Shown piece by piece: positions 16,926-25,779 of a stretch of DNA of 32,000 bases. Made by a program: the position numbers and the translations under genes. The stretch is from Candidatus Electrothrix sp. GW3-4 (lineage in GTDB: Bacteria > Desulfobacterota > Desulfobulbia > Desulfobulbales > Desulfobulbaceae): NCBI RefSeq assembly GCF_037902255.1, contig NZ_CP147990.1, positions 3,780,001 to 3,812,000 on the forward strand. Direction: 5' to 3'. Within the stretch, counting starts at the first letter, position 1; each line of letters starts with the position of its first letter. Under the pieces are notes generated by a model. The model was not told where the DNA came from and made no database searches. It worked only from the letters and a program-made list of their open reading frames with translations.

Positions 16926-17226
16926 ACAAAATAACTTTTGTTATCAATACGCTTTCTCCTTGCCGGACATTAAGGTTGATTCACCCTGCCGGAGCAAAAT
17001 GCGCGAACCTCAAGCAGACATTTTGGGAAATACATTTTTATGGCCAATAACAACCCTGATACAGCAAGTTACACGGAAAAACAGAAAAACAGGTTCGCAG
17101 TGCTTGAAATTATTATAAAAAGAGGTAATATGAGGCCTGTTGTAACGGGTGTTGCAACCGGTCTGACAGGGGTTCGCGCAAACCACCTTGCAGCTCTTTG
17201 ATGTTAAAAGAGAAAAAAGGGTGACA
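16926..17226 (+). promoter_or_regulatory. Leader of CRISPR array 2
   Basis: 301 bp of non-coding sequence 5' of the first array-2 repeat. I see no similarity to the array-1 leader. Confidence 0.45.
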
Positions 17227-20200
17227 GTTGCAGCACCCCACCCTATGAAGAGGGTATTGAGACCCAGCCTGGAACATCAACGGTTGCCTTGTATACTGTT
17301 GCAGCACCCCACCCTATGAAGAGGGTATTGAGACTCAATTACTTTTGTTTTTTTCTTGCGATATATTCTTGTTGCAGCACCCCACCCTATGAAGAGGGTA
17401 TTGAGACATATCCACCGTTGCCAGATTTTTATGAGTCGCGTGGTTGCAGCACCCCACCCTATGAAGAGGGTATTGAGACATGGTTTTAACAACTCTGGGC
17501 CTAAAATCGTTTGGTTGCAGCACCCCACCCTATGAAGAGGGTATTGAGACAAGTGCGTATTCTCTAGCCTTCCAAGCTACTTCCGTTGCAGCACCCCACC
17601 CTATGAAGAGGGTATTGAGACACTTAACATTTTTTTTTCTCCGTTTGTTTTTATGAGTTGCAGCACCCCACCCTATGAAGAGGGTATTGAGACGAGGTCA
17701 AACTCTTCAGCGACTTCGCTGTCGCTGAGTTGCAGCACCCCACCCTATGAAGAGGGTATTGAGACATCGGAAGCTTAATTTCAGACTCGCCAGAAGGATG
17801 TTGCAGCACCCCACCCTATGAAGAGGGTATTGAGACGCCCATCAACAATCCTTATGCGCCGGGCCGGACTTGTTGCAGCACCCCACCCTATGAAGAGGGT
17901 ATTGAGACTTGGCTTTGCCGGTCAAGAGCAATGGCAAAAAGACGTTGCAGCACCCCACCCTATGAAGAGGGTATTGAGACCGAGTCGATTACGAAGAAAT
18001 GAGCTTTGCGTACCGTTGCAGCACCCCACCCTATGAAGAGGGTATTGAGACCGAGCTGGAGCACTGAGCCTTTAAGGTCCCCCTCGTTGCAGCACCCCAC
18101 CCTATGAAGAGGGTATTGAGACCTGCTCCCTTCAGCATCAAAAACAACAAATCCCTGTTGCAGCACCCCACCCTATGAAGAGGGTATTGAGACAACCCAG
18201 CAGGGTAGTTATGCCCTCGCTCCGGGCACGTTGCAGCACCCCACCCTATGAAGAGGGTATTGAGACAAGTTCTTCATAGTATTCTGACAGGGCAATGAGC
18301 GCGTTGCAGCACCCCACCCTATGAAGAGGGTATTGAGACAGGAGTGTATGCATGTCTTTCGGCAACAGCGGTTGTTGCAGCACCCCACCCTATGAAGAGG
18401 GTATTGAGACATTGTCACTCAAATCTACCGAGGCGGTGAGGTCGTTGCAGCACCCCACCCTATGAAGAGGGTATTGAGACTGTCCAGGAGAGTTTTTTTG
18501 CGTAGCGCAACCAGAGTTGCAGCACCCCACCCTATGAAGAGGGTATTGAGACACGCTATTCTCCTTGCCCCGTTGCCGGGGCGGTTGGTTGCAGCACCCC
18601 ACCCTATGAAGAGGGTATTGAGACCACGTCTTGTCAGTGCCTTTTTTGCGCTGGATTTTGTTGCAGCACCCCACCCTATGAAGAGGGTATTGAGACCCCT
18701 AAAGGATCTTGCCAGATCATGATATCCTCGGTTGCAGCACCCCACCCTATGAAGAGGGTATTGAGACTGCTCCCGTGTTGGTCGTTGCGATACCGGATAA
18801 AGGTTGCAGCACCCCACCCTATGAAGAGGGTATTGAGACGTCGCAGAGTAAGGTCGCTGTCCACATTTAAAAGTTGCAGCACCCCACCCTATGAAGAGGG
18901 TATTGAGACAGCTTCAGCCAGCACCTCTTCATGCCACCCTTCAGTTGCAGCACCCCACCCTATGAAGAGGGTATTGAGACCAGGCGAAAGCCTCGGTATT
19001 GTTGCGGCTGCTACCGTTGCAGCACCCCACCCTATGAAGAGGGTATTGAGACATGCACCTCAAGGGCGTAGAGGGGTCAGGAAAGTCAAGTTGCAGCACC
19101 CCACCCTATGAAGAGGGTATTGAGACTTGTATTCCTGCGGCTCTACCACTATCTTATATGGCGTTGCAGCACCCCACCCTATGAAGAGGGTATTGAGACC
19201 GTTTACGTTTGCGGCGCTTTGCGCGCCTATCCAGGTTGCAGCACCCCACCCTATGAAGAGGGTATTGAGACAGGTCACAGAGCAGAGTCTTTGGCTTAAT
19301 ACGGGGTTGCAGCACCCCACCCTATGAAGAGGGTATTGAGACCATTTGTCGCGTGGTATCGCCCGCAAAATATATGAGTTGCAGCACCCCACCCTATGAA
19401 GAGGGTATTGAGACTACATTGTGAGCAGGTTATATCAGGCACGATTCCGTTGCAGCACCCCACCCTATGAAGAGGGTATTGAGACCTCCTCGCCCCGCTC
19501 CGGGGCGGTTGTTTTTAGGTTGCAGCACCCCACCCTATGAAGAGGGTATTGAGACGTATGGTTGACCATGCAATTCTCTTTTGTATCAAGTTGCAGCACC
19601 CCACCCTATGAAGAGGGTATTGAGACACCGCACTGATCCAGGGTTTTAAACTCAACCCGGGTTGCAGCACCCCACCCTATGAAGAGGGTATTGAGACAGC
19701 CAGATCCCTGGATCTAGAAAGGATATATTCCGTTGCAGCACCCCACCCTATGAAGAGGGTATTGAGACCGCTCTCCAGCTCCACACGTCCTTTGCTGCTG
19801 CGTTGCAGCACCCCACCCTATGAAGAGGGTATTGAGACGTTCCGTATGGTAAAAATCCACGGTAAAACTTTGTTGCAGCACCCCACCCTATGAAGAGGGT
19901 ATTGAGACTGCCAATAGCCTCCCGGTCCCTTTTCCGCCTCCGTTGCAGCACCCCACCCTATGAAGAGGGTATTGAGACACTGCGGGGGTAATGCGTGGGG
20001 GTGGGGTACTTGTTGCAGCACCCCACCCTATGAAGAGGGTATTGAGACAAAGAGATAGAGGCCCAACTCAATGCCCGCCGCGTTGCAGCACCCCACCCTA
20101 TGAAGAGGGTATTGAGACGCCAATCCATTCACGCATCATGGGAAACCGCTCGGTTGCAGCACCCCACCCTATGAAGAGGGTATTGAGACCTTGCCCGCCG

Positions 20201-20258
20201 TGTTTGTTGATTACTGTTTTGGTTGCAGCACCCCACCCTATGAAGAGGGTATTGAGAC
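17227..20258 (+). CRISPR. CRISPR array 2: 43 repeats and 42 spacers
   Basis: The 37-nt repeat is GTTGCAGCACCCCACCCTATGAAGAGGGTATTGAGAC. I saw no variant copy by eye. Spacers are about 32-37 nt. It shares the CCCTATGAAGAGGGTATT core with array 1 but differs in the 5' third and at one handle position. Confidence 0.98.
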
Positions 20259-20500
20259 CGTAGGGGCGACCGGCCGGTCGCCCCTACGCCCCGTGCAATC
20301 TTTTCAGAAATTCCACCTTCTTCCGCAGTTGCCGTGTGTCTGCCCTTAATGCTTCCACCGAGATGTCTCCACCAAGACAGGCCGGGCAAACACCCCGGCT
20401 GAAAATGCTTTTTTCATCCCACCCCCTCCTTTTTCACCACCCCCAGAAAACATATTGATAAACCACCCAATACAGGTAGTATTCAGGTGAGAACATCCAA
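20259..20500 (+). repeat. Array trailer, copy B (palindrome plus candidate promoter)
   Basis: It starts immediately after the last array-2 repeat with the same 30-nt palindrome (20259-20288). It is identical to 15090-15317 apart from a 14-nt insertion (AATGCTTCCACCGA). The TTGATA/TAGTAT pair is conserved at 20455-20460 and 20477-20482. Confidence 0.85.
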
Positions 20501-20566
20501 GCCTTGCAAGGTGGGCTACCGAGGTAAAACGATAAGACAGCCCCGTATATAGATTCAGGAAAAGAT

Positions 20567-22132
20567 ATGAAAAAACTCAGCCTAGGCATCCAGAACTTCC
20601 CAGCCTTCCAAGCCAACAACCTCATCTACGTCGACAAGACCCAGCTTATCCACAGGCTCATAGACGACGGAAGCTACTACTTCCTCTCCCGGCCCCGGCG
20701 CTTCGGCAAATCCCTACTGGTCAGCACCATGCAGGAACTGTTTTCCGGCAACAAAGAACTCTTCAAGGATTGCTGGATCTATGACCAATGGGATTGGGAG
20801 AAAAAATACCCGGTCATCAGAATCAGCTTTGCCGAAATCGACTACAGAAGCCTGGGCATGGAAAAGGCCTTGGAGCTTTTTCTTGCAGACCAGGCTGAGC
20901 AGCATAATGTCCGTTTGACCTCAACGAGTTACGGCGGTCAATTTTTAGAGCTGATCAAAGAGGTGGGTAAAGAAACACCCGTGGCGGTGTTTATTGATGA
21001 ATACGATAAACCAATCATCGATTATCTTGAACATACTCATTTCGAACAGGCCCTGGAGAACCGGGAAATCCTGAAAACGCTCTATGCCGGAATCAAAGAT
21101 CAGGGAAAATACCTGCGCTTTTTCTTTATGACCGGCGTGTCAAAGTTCAGCAAGGTCTCCATATTCAGTGATCTGAACCACCTCACCGACATAACCCTGA
21201 TTCGCCATTTTTCCGCAATCACCGGCTACACTGAAGCGGAAATCAGAACATATTACGGGGCCTACCTTCAGGCCTTGGCCGATGAACTCGGGTTGTCACA
21301 GGACGACACCATGCAACAGGTCGCCCAATGGTACAACGGCTATTCCTGGGACGGCAGCGCCTTTCTCTTTAACCCCTATTCGGTTCTACGCCTCTTGTAC
21401 GAGCAGGAATTTAAAAATTTCTGGTTTGAAACCGGAACCCCGACTTTCCTGATTAATAGGCTCAAAGAGAGCGGCAGAAAGATCAATGAATCTATCAATA
21501 AGGCGGTCAAGGAATCAGCCTTTAACAAGTATGATATTGATAATATCAACATCACCGCCATCATGTTTCAGACCGGCTACCTGACCATAAAAAAGGCGGA
21601 CAGGAGTTGTGGCGAATATCTCCTTGAATTTCCCAACAAAGAAGTGCGAGATTCTTTTCTGGACTTTGCGGTTGAGCATTACGCCGACAGCTCGCGGGAT
21701 GAGATGGGATCTGTTGTGGAAATGCTGCTTGAGGCCCTTGAGCAGAATGATATGCAAATCTTTTTCACGGCCCTCCAGGCCTTATTCAGCTCAATAACGG
21801 TTAAACAGCTGGATAAGGTTAAGGAATATGAGGGGTTTTATCATTCCATCATCTATATTGTCCTGAAGCTCCTCGGTATGCAGATCGCCTGTGAAGTGCA
21901 GTCAAATTTCGGCACCACAGATGCGGTCCTGCAAACAGCGGAACATATCTATGTGCTTGAGTTCAAAATGGGCACTGCCGCCTCGGCACTGGAACAGATC
22001 AAAAAGAGAAAATATCACACACCGTATCTTGCCGATCAACGGGGTTTGGTGCTTGTCGGTTTCGGTTTTGACAAGGCGGAACGAAATCTGACGGATTTTC
22101 TTGCTGAGGAGATAGACAAGGACGTTGGTTAG
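20567..22132 (+). CDS. AAA-ATPase-like plus PD-(D/E)XK (PDDEXK_9/DUF1703-type) protein, paralogue B
   Basis: 521 aa with the same domain motifs as paralogue A (YYFLSRPRRFGKSLL, VFIDEYDKP, YVLEFKMG). Roughly 70% aa identity to A over most of its length. The last 266 nt are near-identical to A. Confidence 0.85.
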   Translation: MKKLSLGIQNFPAFQANNLIYVDKTQLIHRLIDDGSYYFLSRPRRFGKSLLVSTMQELFSGNKELFKDCWIYDQWDWEKKYPVIRISFAEIDYRSLGMEKALELFLADQAEQHNVRLTSTSYGGQFLELIKEVGKETPVAVFIDEYDKPIIDYLEHTHFEQALENREILKTLYAGIKDQGKYLRFFFMTGVSKFSKVSIFSDLNHLTDITLIRHFSAITGYTEAEIRTYYGAYLQALADELGLSQDDTMQQVAQWYNGYSWDGSAFLFNPYSVLRLLYEQEFKNFWFETGTPTFLINRLKESGRKINESINKAVKESAFNKYDIDNINITAIMFQTGYLTIKKADRSCGEYLLEFPNKEVRDSFLDFAVEHYADSSRDEMGSVVEMLLEALEQNDMQIFFTALQALFSSITVKQLDKVKEYEGFYHSIIYIVLKLLGMQIACEVQSNFGTTDAVLQTAEHIYVLEFKMGTAASALEQIKKRKYHTPYLADQRGLVLVGFGFDKAERNLTDFLAEEIDKDVG

Positions 22133-22194
22133 CAAGGCGACACCTGCCCTATGAAGAGGGTATTGAGACCGTAGGGGCGACCGGCCGGTCGCCC
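22133..22194 (+). repeat. Degenerate CRISPR repeat plus truncated trailer palindrome (third copy)
   Basis: ...CACCTGCCCTATGAAGAGGGTATTGAGAC (ends at 22169) keeps the 3' 23 nt of the repeat exactly. Upstream of one mismatch a further CACCT matches the array-1 repeat. CGTAGGGGCGACCGGCCGGTCGCCC follows. A diverged homologue of the trailer (TGCCGTGT..GACAGG..AACACCCCGG) comes next. Confidence 0.8.
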
Positions 22195-22376
22195 TGCCGT
22201 GTCTCTATTCTTGCAGTTTTCATCGAGACAGGTCAGGGCGAACACCCCGGACAGAAACTGGCCTTGGTGTCCACCGCCCCGACGAACATTACAGAACCGC
22301 CTCTGCACCAAAGACCCAAAAATCCCCCCGCAATCCGCAACCATTCGCAATAATCCCACCACCCCACGACACTCCC

Positions 22377-22405
22377 TTGACGTGACAGCAGCTTACGTTT
22401 ATTCT
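22377..22405 (+). promoter_or_regulatory. Candidate hemL promoter
   Basis: TTGACG (22377-22382), a 17-nt spacer, then TATTCT (22400-22405). It lies about 75 nt upstream of the hemL ATG. This is a pattern match only. Confidence 0.3.
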
Positions 22406-22479
22406 GTACCAGCGCATATACATACGCCCAACGAAAAATCCAATCATCATCTCAACCCATAACCATTCCATAACTATCC

Positions 22480-23772
22480 ATGAATACCACAAATTCCGCT
22501 GCACTCTTCAAAAAAGCCTGTCAGGTCATCCCCGGCGGTGTGAACTCCCCTGTCCGTGCCTGTAACTCCGTGGGCTGCGATCCGCTTTTTGTAGCCAAGG
22601 CCCAAGGAGGCACCGTCACAGATGCGGACGGCAATGAATTCATCGATTTTGTCGGATCATGGGGGCCCATGATTCTTGGCCACGCCCATCCCGAGGTGAC
22701 CAAGGCGATTCAGGAGGCCCTGCCCGACGGAGCCAGCTTCGGCGCCCCCACGGCCTCTGAGGTGGAGATGGCGGAACTGGTCTGTGACTCTGTCCCCTCC
22801 ATAGAAAAGGTACGCTTTGTCAGCTCCGGCACCGAGGCCACCATGAGTGCCATCCGCCTGGCCCGGGGGTATACCGGGCGCAATATGGTGATTAAATTTG
22901 ACGGCTGCTACCACGGTCATGCCGACTCCTTTCTGGTCAAGGCCGGGTCCGGGGTCGCCACCCTGGGTATTCCTGGCAGTCCGGGTGTGCCTGATGATAT
23001 CGTTAAAAACACCCTCTCCATCCCCTATAATAATATCGAGGTGCTGGAAAAGACCCTGCGGGATGCCACCTTAGATATCGCCTGCGTAATCATTGAGCCG
23101 GTGGCTGGCAATATGGGGGTCATCGTTCCCGACTTGGCCTTTTTACAGAAACTGCGGGAGCTAACCGCTGAACTGGGCATTGTCCTGATCTTTGACGAGG
23201 TCATCACCGGTTTTCGGCTGGCCCTGGGTGGGGCCCAGGAACGCTTTGGCATCTTGCCGGACCTGACCTGCCTGGGTAAAATCATCGGCGGCGGCCTGCC
23301 CGTTGGGGCCTATGGCGGCAAAAAAGAAATTATGGATAATATCGCCCCAGACGGACCAGTCTATCAGGCTGGCACCCTGTCTGGCAATCCCCTAGCTATG
23401 GCTGCGGGTCTGGCCATGCTCAAGACCGTGCGCAAGCCGGGATTCTACCAGGCGCTTGAAGAAAAAAGTGATCGCTTTGCAGAGCGGCTGGCTGAAATCG
23501 GCGACAAGGCCTCGGTACCCGTTGTTCTGAACCGGATCGGCTCCATGATGACCTGCTTTTTCACCGACACTCCGGTAACGGATTTCGACTCTGCTATGCA
23601 GGCCAACACCGATCGTTATGGCCAGCATTTCCGCCAGATGCTGGCACACGGTGTCTGGCTGGCCCCTTCTCAGTTTGAGGCCCTGTTCATCTCTGCTGCC
23701 CACAGCCCGGAACAACTGGAAAAGGCCCTTGCCGTAATTGAGATATCCTTAACAAAATTGTCTGGCATGTAA
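22480..23772 (+). CDS. hemL: Glutamate-1-semialdehyde 2,1-aminomutase
   Basis: 430 aa. VIPGGVNSPVR, FIDFVGSWGPMILGHAHPEV and CLGKIIGGGLPVGAYGG (PLP-lysine region) are characteristic of HemL. Confidence 0.95.
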   Translation: MNTTNSAALFKKACQVIPGGVNSPVRACNSVGCDPLFVAKAQGGTVTDADGNEFIDFVGSWGPMILGHAHPEVTKAIQEALPDGASFGAPTASEVEMAELVCDSVPSIEKVRFVSSGTEATMSAIRLARGYTGRNMVIKFDGCYHGHADSFLVKAGSGVATLGIPGSPGVPDDIVKNTLSIPYNNIEVLEKTLRDATLDIACVIIEPVAGNMGVIVPDLAFLQKLRELTAELGIVLIFDEVITGFRLALGGAQERFGILPDLTCLGKIIGGGLPVGAYGGKKEIMDNIAPDGPVYQAGTLSGNPLAMAAGLAMLKTVRKPGFYQALEEKSDRFAERLAEIGDKASVPVVLNRIGSMMTCFFTDTPVTDFDSAMQANTDRYGQHFRQMLAHGVWLAPSQFEALFISAAHSPEQLEKALAVIEISLTKLSGM

Positions 23773-23849
23773 AAAAAAATATTGCACTTGTAGCTGTTGC
23801 GTGCTATCTCTGTCCAATTTAACGGGACATCCGATGCAGGAGTGGAATA

Positions 23850-24077
23850 ATGGCCAAGGAGGAAGAAGGGATATTCACTGAACTGGCCCGCTATGGTCAG
23901 ATTGGAACGACCTTTGCTGCTTCCATTTTTATCGGCTTTGCCATAGGCTGGTGGCTCGACAATAAATTCTTTGCCGGACGGACCACGCCGTGGTTCAGCT
24001 TTATTTTTCTTGGATTCGGAATCGCCGCTGGTTTTAAGCATCTCTGGGATCTGAGTAAAAAAATATCTGATGACTGA
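23850..24077 (+). CDS. AtpZ/AtpI-family small membrane protein of the F-ATPase operon
   Basis: 75 aa with two hydrophobic helices. It lies immediately upstream of atpI and atpB, and its stop overlaps the next start. Confidence 0.7.
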   Translation: MAKEEEGIFTELARYGQIGTTFAASIFIGFAIGWWLDNKFFAGRTTPWFSFIFLGFGIAAGFKHLWDLSKKISDD

Positions 24078-24513
24078 GGCAAGAAAGAGCAGGATCGGCA
24101 AGAACGACGAGCTTGTTCTGCTGCATATGGTTGAACGCTTTAACCTGATTCTGCTGGCCCTGTTCACCGCAGCCAGCTGGTCCTTGGTTGATTGGCCGTT
24201 TGCCCAGTCTGTCTTAATAGGCGGAGCATTAGCCAGCGGCAGTTTTTTCTGGCTCAAACGGACCGCAATGCGATTTGCCCACCAAGCCGCAACACAAGGA
24301 GATGGCTTGCAAAAAAACAGCAAATCGCTTTCAGCCAGCTTCGCGATCAAATTCAGCATCCGTCTTTTTGTCCTCGCCTTTCTGCTGCTTCTGCTGAGCA
24401 TAACATTCAGCATAAACGCGATAGGGCTTGTTATCGGGTTGTCCACGGTCATGTTAAGTGTCATTATTGTCGTCCTCTTTCAGGGGCGAGTAATATTTCA
24501 GGAAAATATGTAA
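24070..24513 (+). CDS. atpI: ATP synthase protein I
   Basis: 147 aa, hydrophobic, located directly upstream of atpB. Confidence 0.6.
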   Translation: MTEARKSRIGKNDELVLLHMVERFNLILLALFTAASWSLVDWPFAQSVLIGGALASGSFFWLKRTAMRFAHQAATQGDGLQKNSKSLSASFAIKFSIRLFVLAFLLLLLSITFSINAIGLVIGLSTVMLSVIIVVLFQGRVIFQENM

Positions 24514-24525
24514 GGGAGTTTGGGC

Positions 24526-25248
24526 ATGGAACATCCAATTCTATTTATCTCGGTTATTCTTGACTGGATAGGTCTGCCGGTTCCGCACGGACCGATCGGT
24601 ACAACATTTCTGGAGAAGTTATGCGAACCGTATATGACCTATACGTGGCTGGTCATGGCCTTTCTTTTTGTCGTACCCAAGCTTACTCTCAGCAAGCTGG
24701 AGCTGGTCCCCGGCACCGGGCAAAACTTCTGGGAGGCCTTGATCGGGGGCATGATGGACTTCTTTGCTGAACATATGGGACGAAAAAAGGCCAAGATGCT
24801 CTTCCCGATCTTAGCCACCTTTTTTCTCTATACCGTCCTTGCCAATATGATCGGCCTCCTGCCTGGTTTCATGTCACCAACATCCAGCCTCAATATCACC
24901 CTGGCCATGACCATCATTGTCTGGGTTATGCATCATGTTCTGGGGTTTCGTTATCACGGCTGGAAGTATTATAAGCATTTCACCGGTCCGATTCCGCTCA
25001 TGGCACCGTTTATGATTATCCTGGAGCTGATCAGTAATTTTGCCCGACTTGTTTCCCTTTCCATGCGACTTTTCGGAAATATTATGGCAAAAGAAACACT
25101 GCTTGCAGTTCTGTTCACCCTGGCTGGAGCCTTCTTTGCCCCCCTGCCCATTCTCGCCCTTGGTGTACTCGTCTCCCTGATTCAAGCGGTGGTTTTTGTT
25201 CTCCTCGCTGTTGTGTACTGTGTCGGAGCAATGGAGCATGCCCATTAA
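24526..25248 (+). CDS. atpB: F0F1 ATP synthase subunit a
   Basis: The track ORF starts at TTG 24520. ATG 24526 is preceded by AAGGGAG. It is a multi-TM protein containing SLSMRLFGNIMAKE, which carries the conserved Arg of subunit a. Confidence 0.92.
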   Translation: MEHPILFISVILDWIGLPVPHGPIGTTFLEKLCEPYMTYTWLVMAFLFVVPKLTLSKLELVPGTGQNFWEALIGGMMDFFAEHMGRKKAKMLFPILATFFLYTVLANMIGLLPGFMSPTSSLNITLAMTIIVWVMHHVLGFRYHGWKYYKHFTGPIPLMAPFMIILELISNFARLVSLSMRLFGNIMAKETLLAVLFTLAGAFFAPLPILALGVLVSLIQAVVFVLLAVVYCVGAMEHAH

Positions 25249-25339
25249 GGAGTAACGCAGGAACTCAGCAAAAGAATTCACAAGATACAATAAAAGAAGA
25301 AAGTCAATATATCTTTTAACTATTCGGAGGTTTTGAAAA

Positions 25340-25600
25340 ATGGACAAACTTCATCTCGCATTAGTATGTTTTGCGGCAGCAACATCTATCGGACTGGCCG
25401 GTTTGGGTGCTGGTATCGGTATGGGTCGCGGTGTAGAAGGCGCATGCTTAGGTATTGCTCGTAACCCAGAGGCAAAAGGAATGATTACCACCACCATGAT
25501 CCTCGGTTTGGCTCTGATTGAGTCCATCGCCATTTACGGTCTGGTTATTGCTTTTATCCTGCTGTTCGCCAATCCGTTTAAGGATATGCTGATCGGTTAG
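25340..25600 (+). CDS. atpE: F0F1 ATP synthase subunit c
   Basis: 86 aa. A two-helix hairpin with GLGAGIGMG and the carboxylate in [15 protein letters not shown] lies upstream. Confidence 0.93.
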   Translation: MDKLHLALVCFAAATSIGLAGLGAGIGMGRGVEGACLGIARNPEAKGMITTTMILGLALIESIAIYGLVIAFILLFANPFKDMLIG

Positions 25601-25650
25601 TGTAAACCGACCCAAAAAACACGTAGGGTTTTTCGTCACCATGTGGCATA

Positions 25651-25698
25651 CCCCAATAAAAAAGGCCGGAGCTTTTGCTCCGGCCTTTTTTATTGGGG
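25651..25698. terminator. Bidirectional Rho-independent terminator
   Basis: CCCCAATAAAAAA-GGCCGGAGC-TTTT-GCTCCGGCC-TTTTTTATTGGGG. A 9-bp GC stem is flanked by an A-tract and a T-tract. It lies between the convergent atpE and helicase genes. Confidence 0.85.
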
Positions 25699-25710
25699 TC
25701 GTACCCCCAC

Positions 25711-25761
25711 TTTTCTTGACCTACTTTTTTTGACCTACTTTTTTTGACCTACTTTTTTTGA
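25711..25761. repeat. 14-nt tandem repeat, about 3.6 copies
   Basis: TTTT(C/T)TTGACCTAC at 25711, 25725 and 25739, plus a partial copy. It lies in the intergenic region between the terminator and the helicase stop. Confidence 0.8.
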
Positions 25762-25779
25762 TGAGAAAGGGCGGGCTGT

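Noticed and set aside
17140-17180. A GTTGCAACC string in the array-2 leader, considered as a degenerate extra repeat
   Set aside because: Only about 8 nt match the repeat 5' end. The conserved CCCTATGAAGAGGGTATT core is absent.
17113-20389. About 20 ORFs on both strands inside CRISPR array 2
   Set aside because: All are built from the translated repeat (AAPHPMKRVLR on the + strand; QYPLHRVGCCN and LNTLFIGWGAAT on the - strand). They are not genes.
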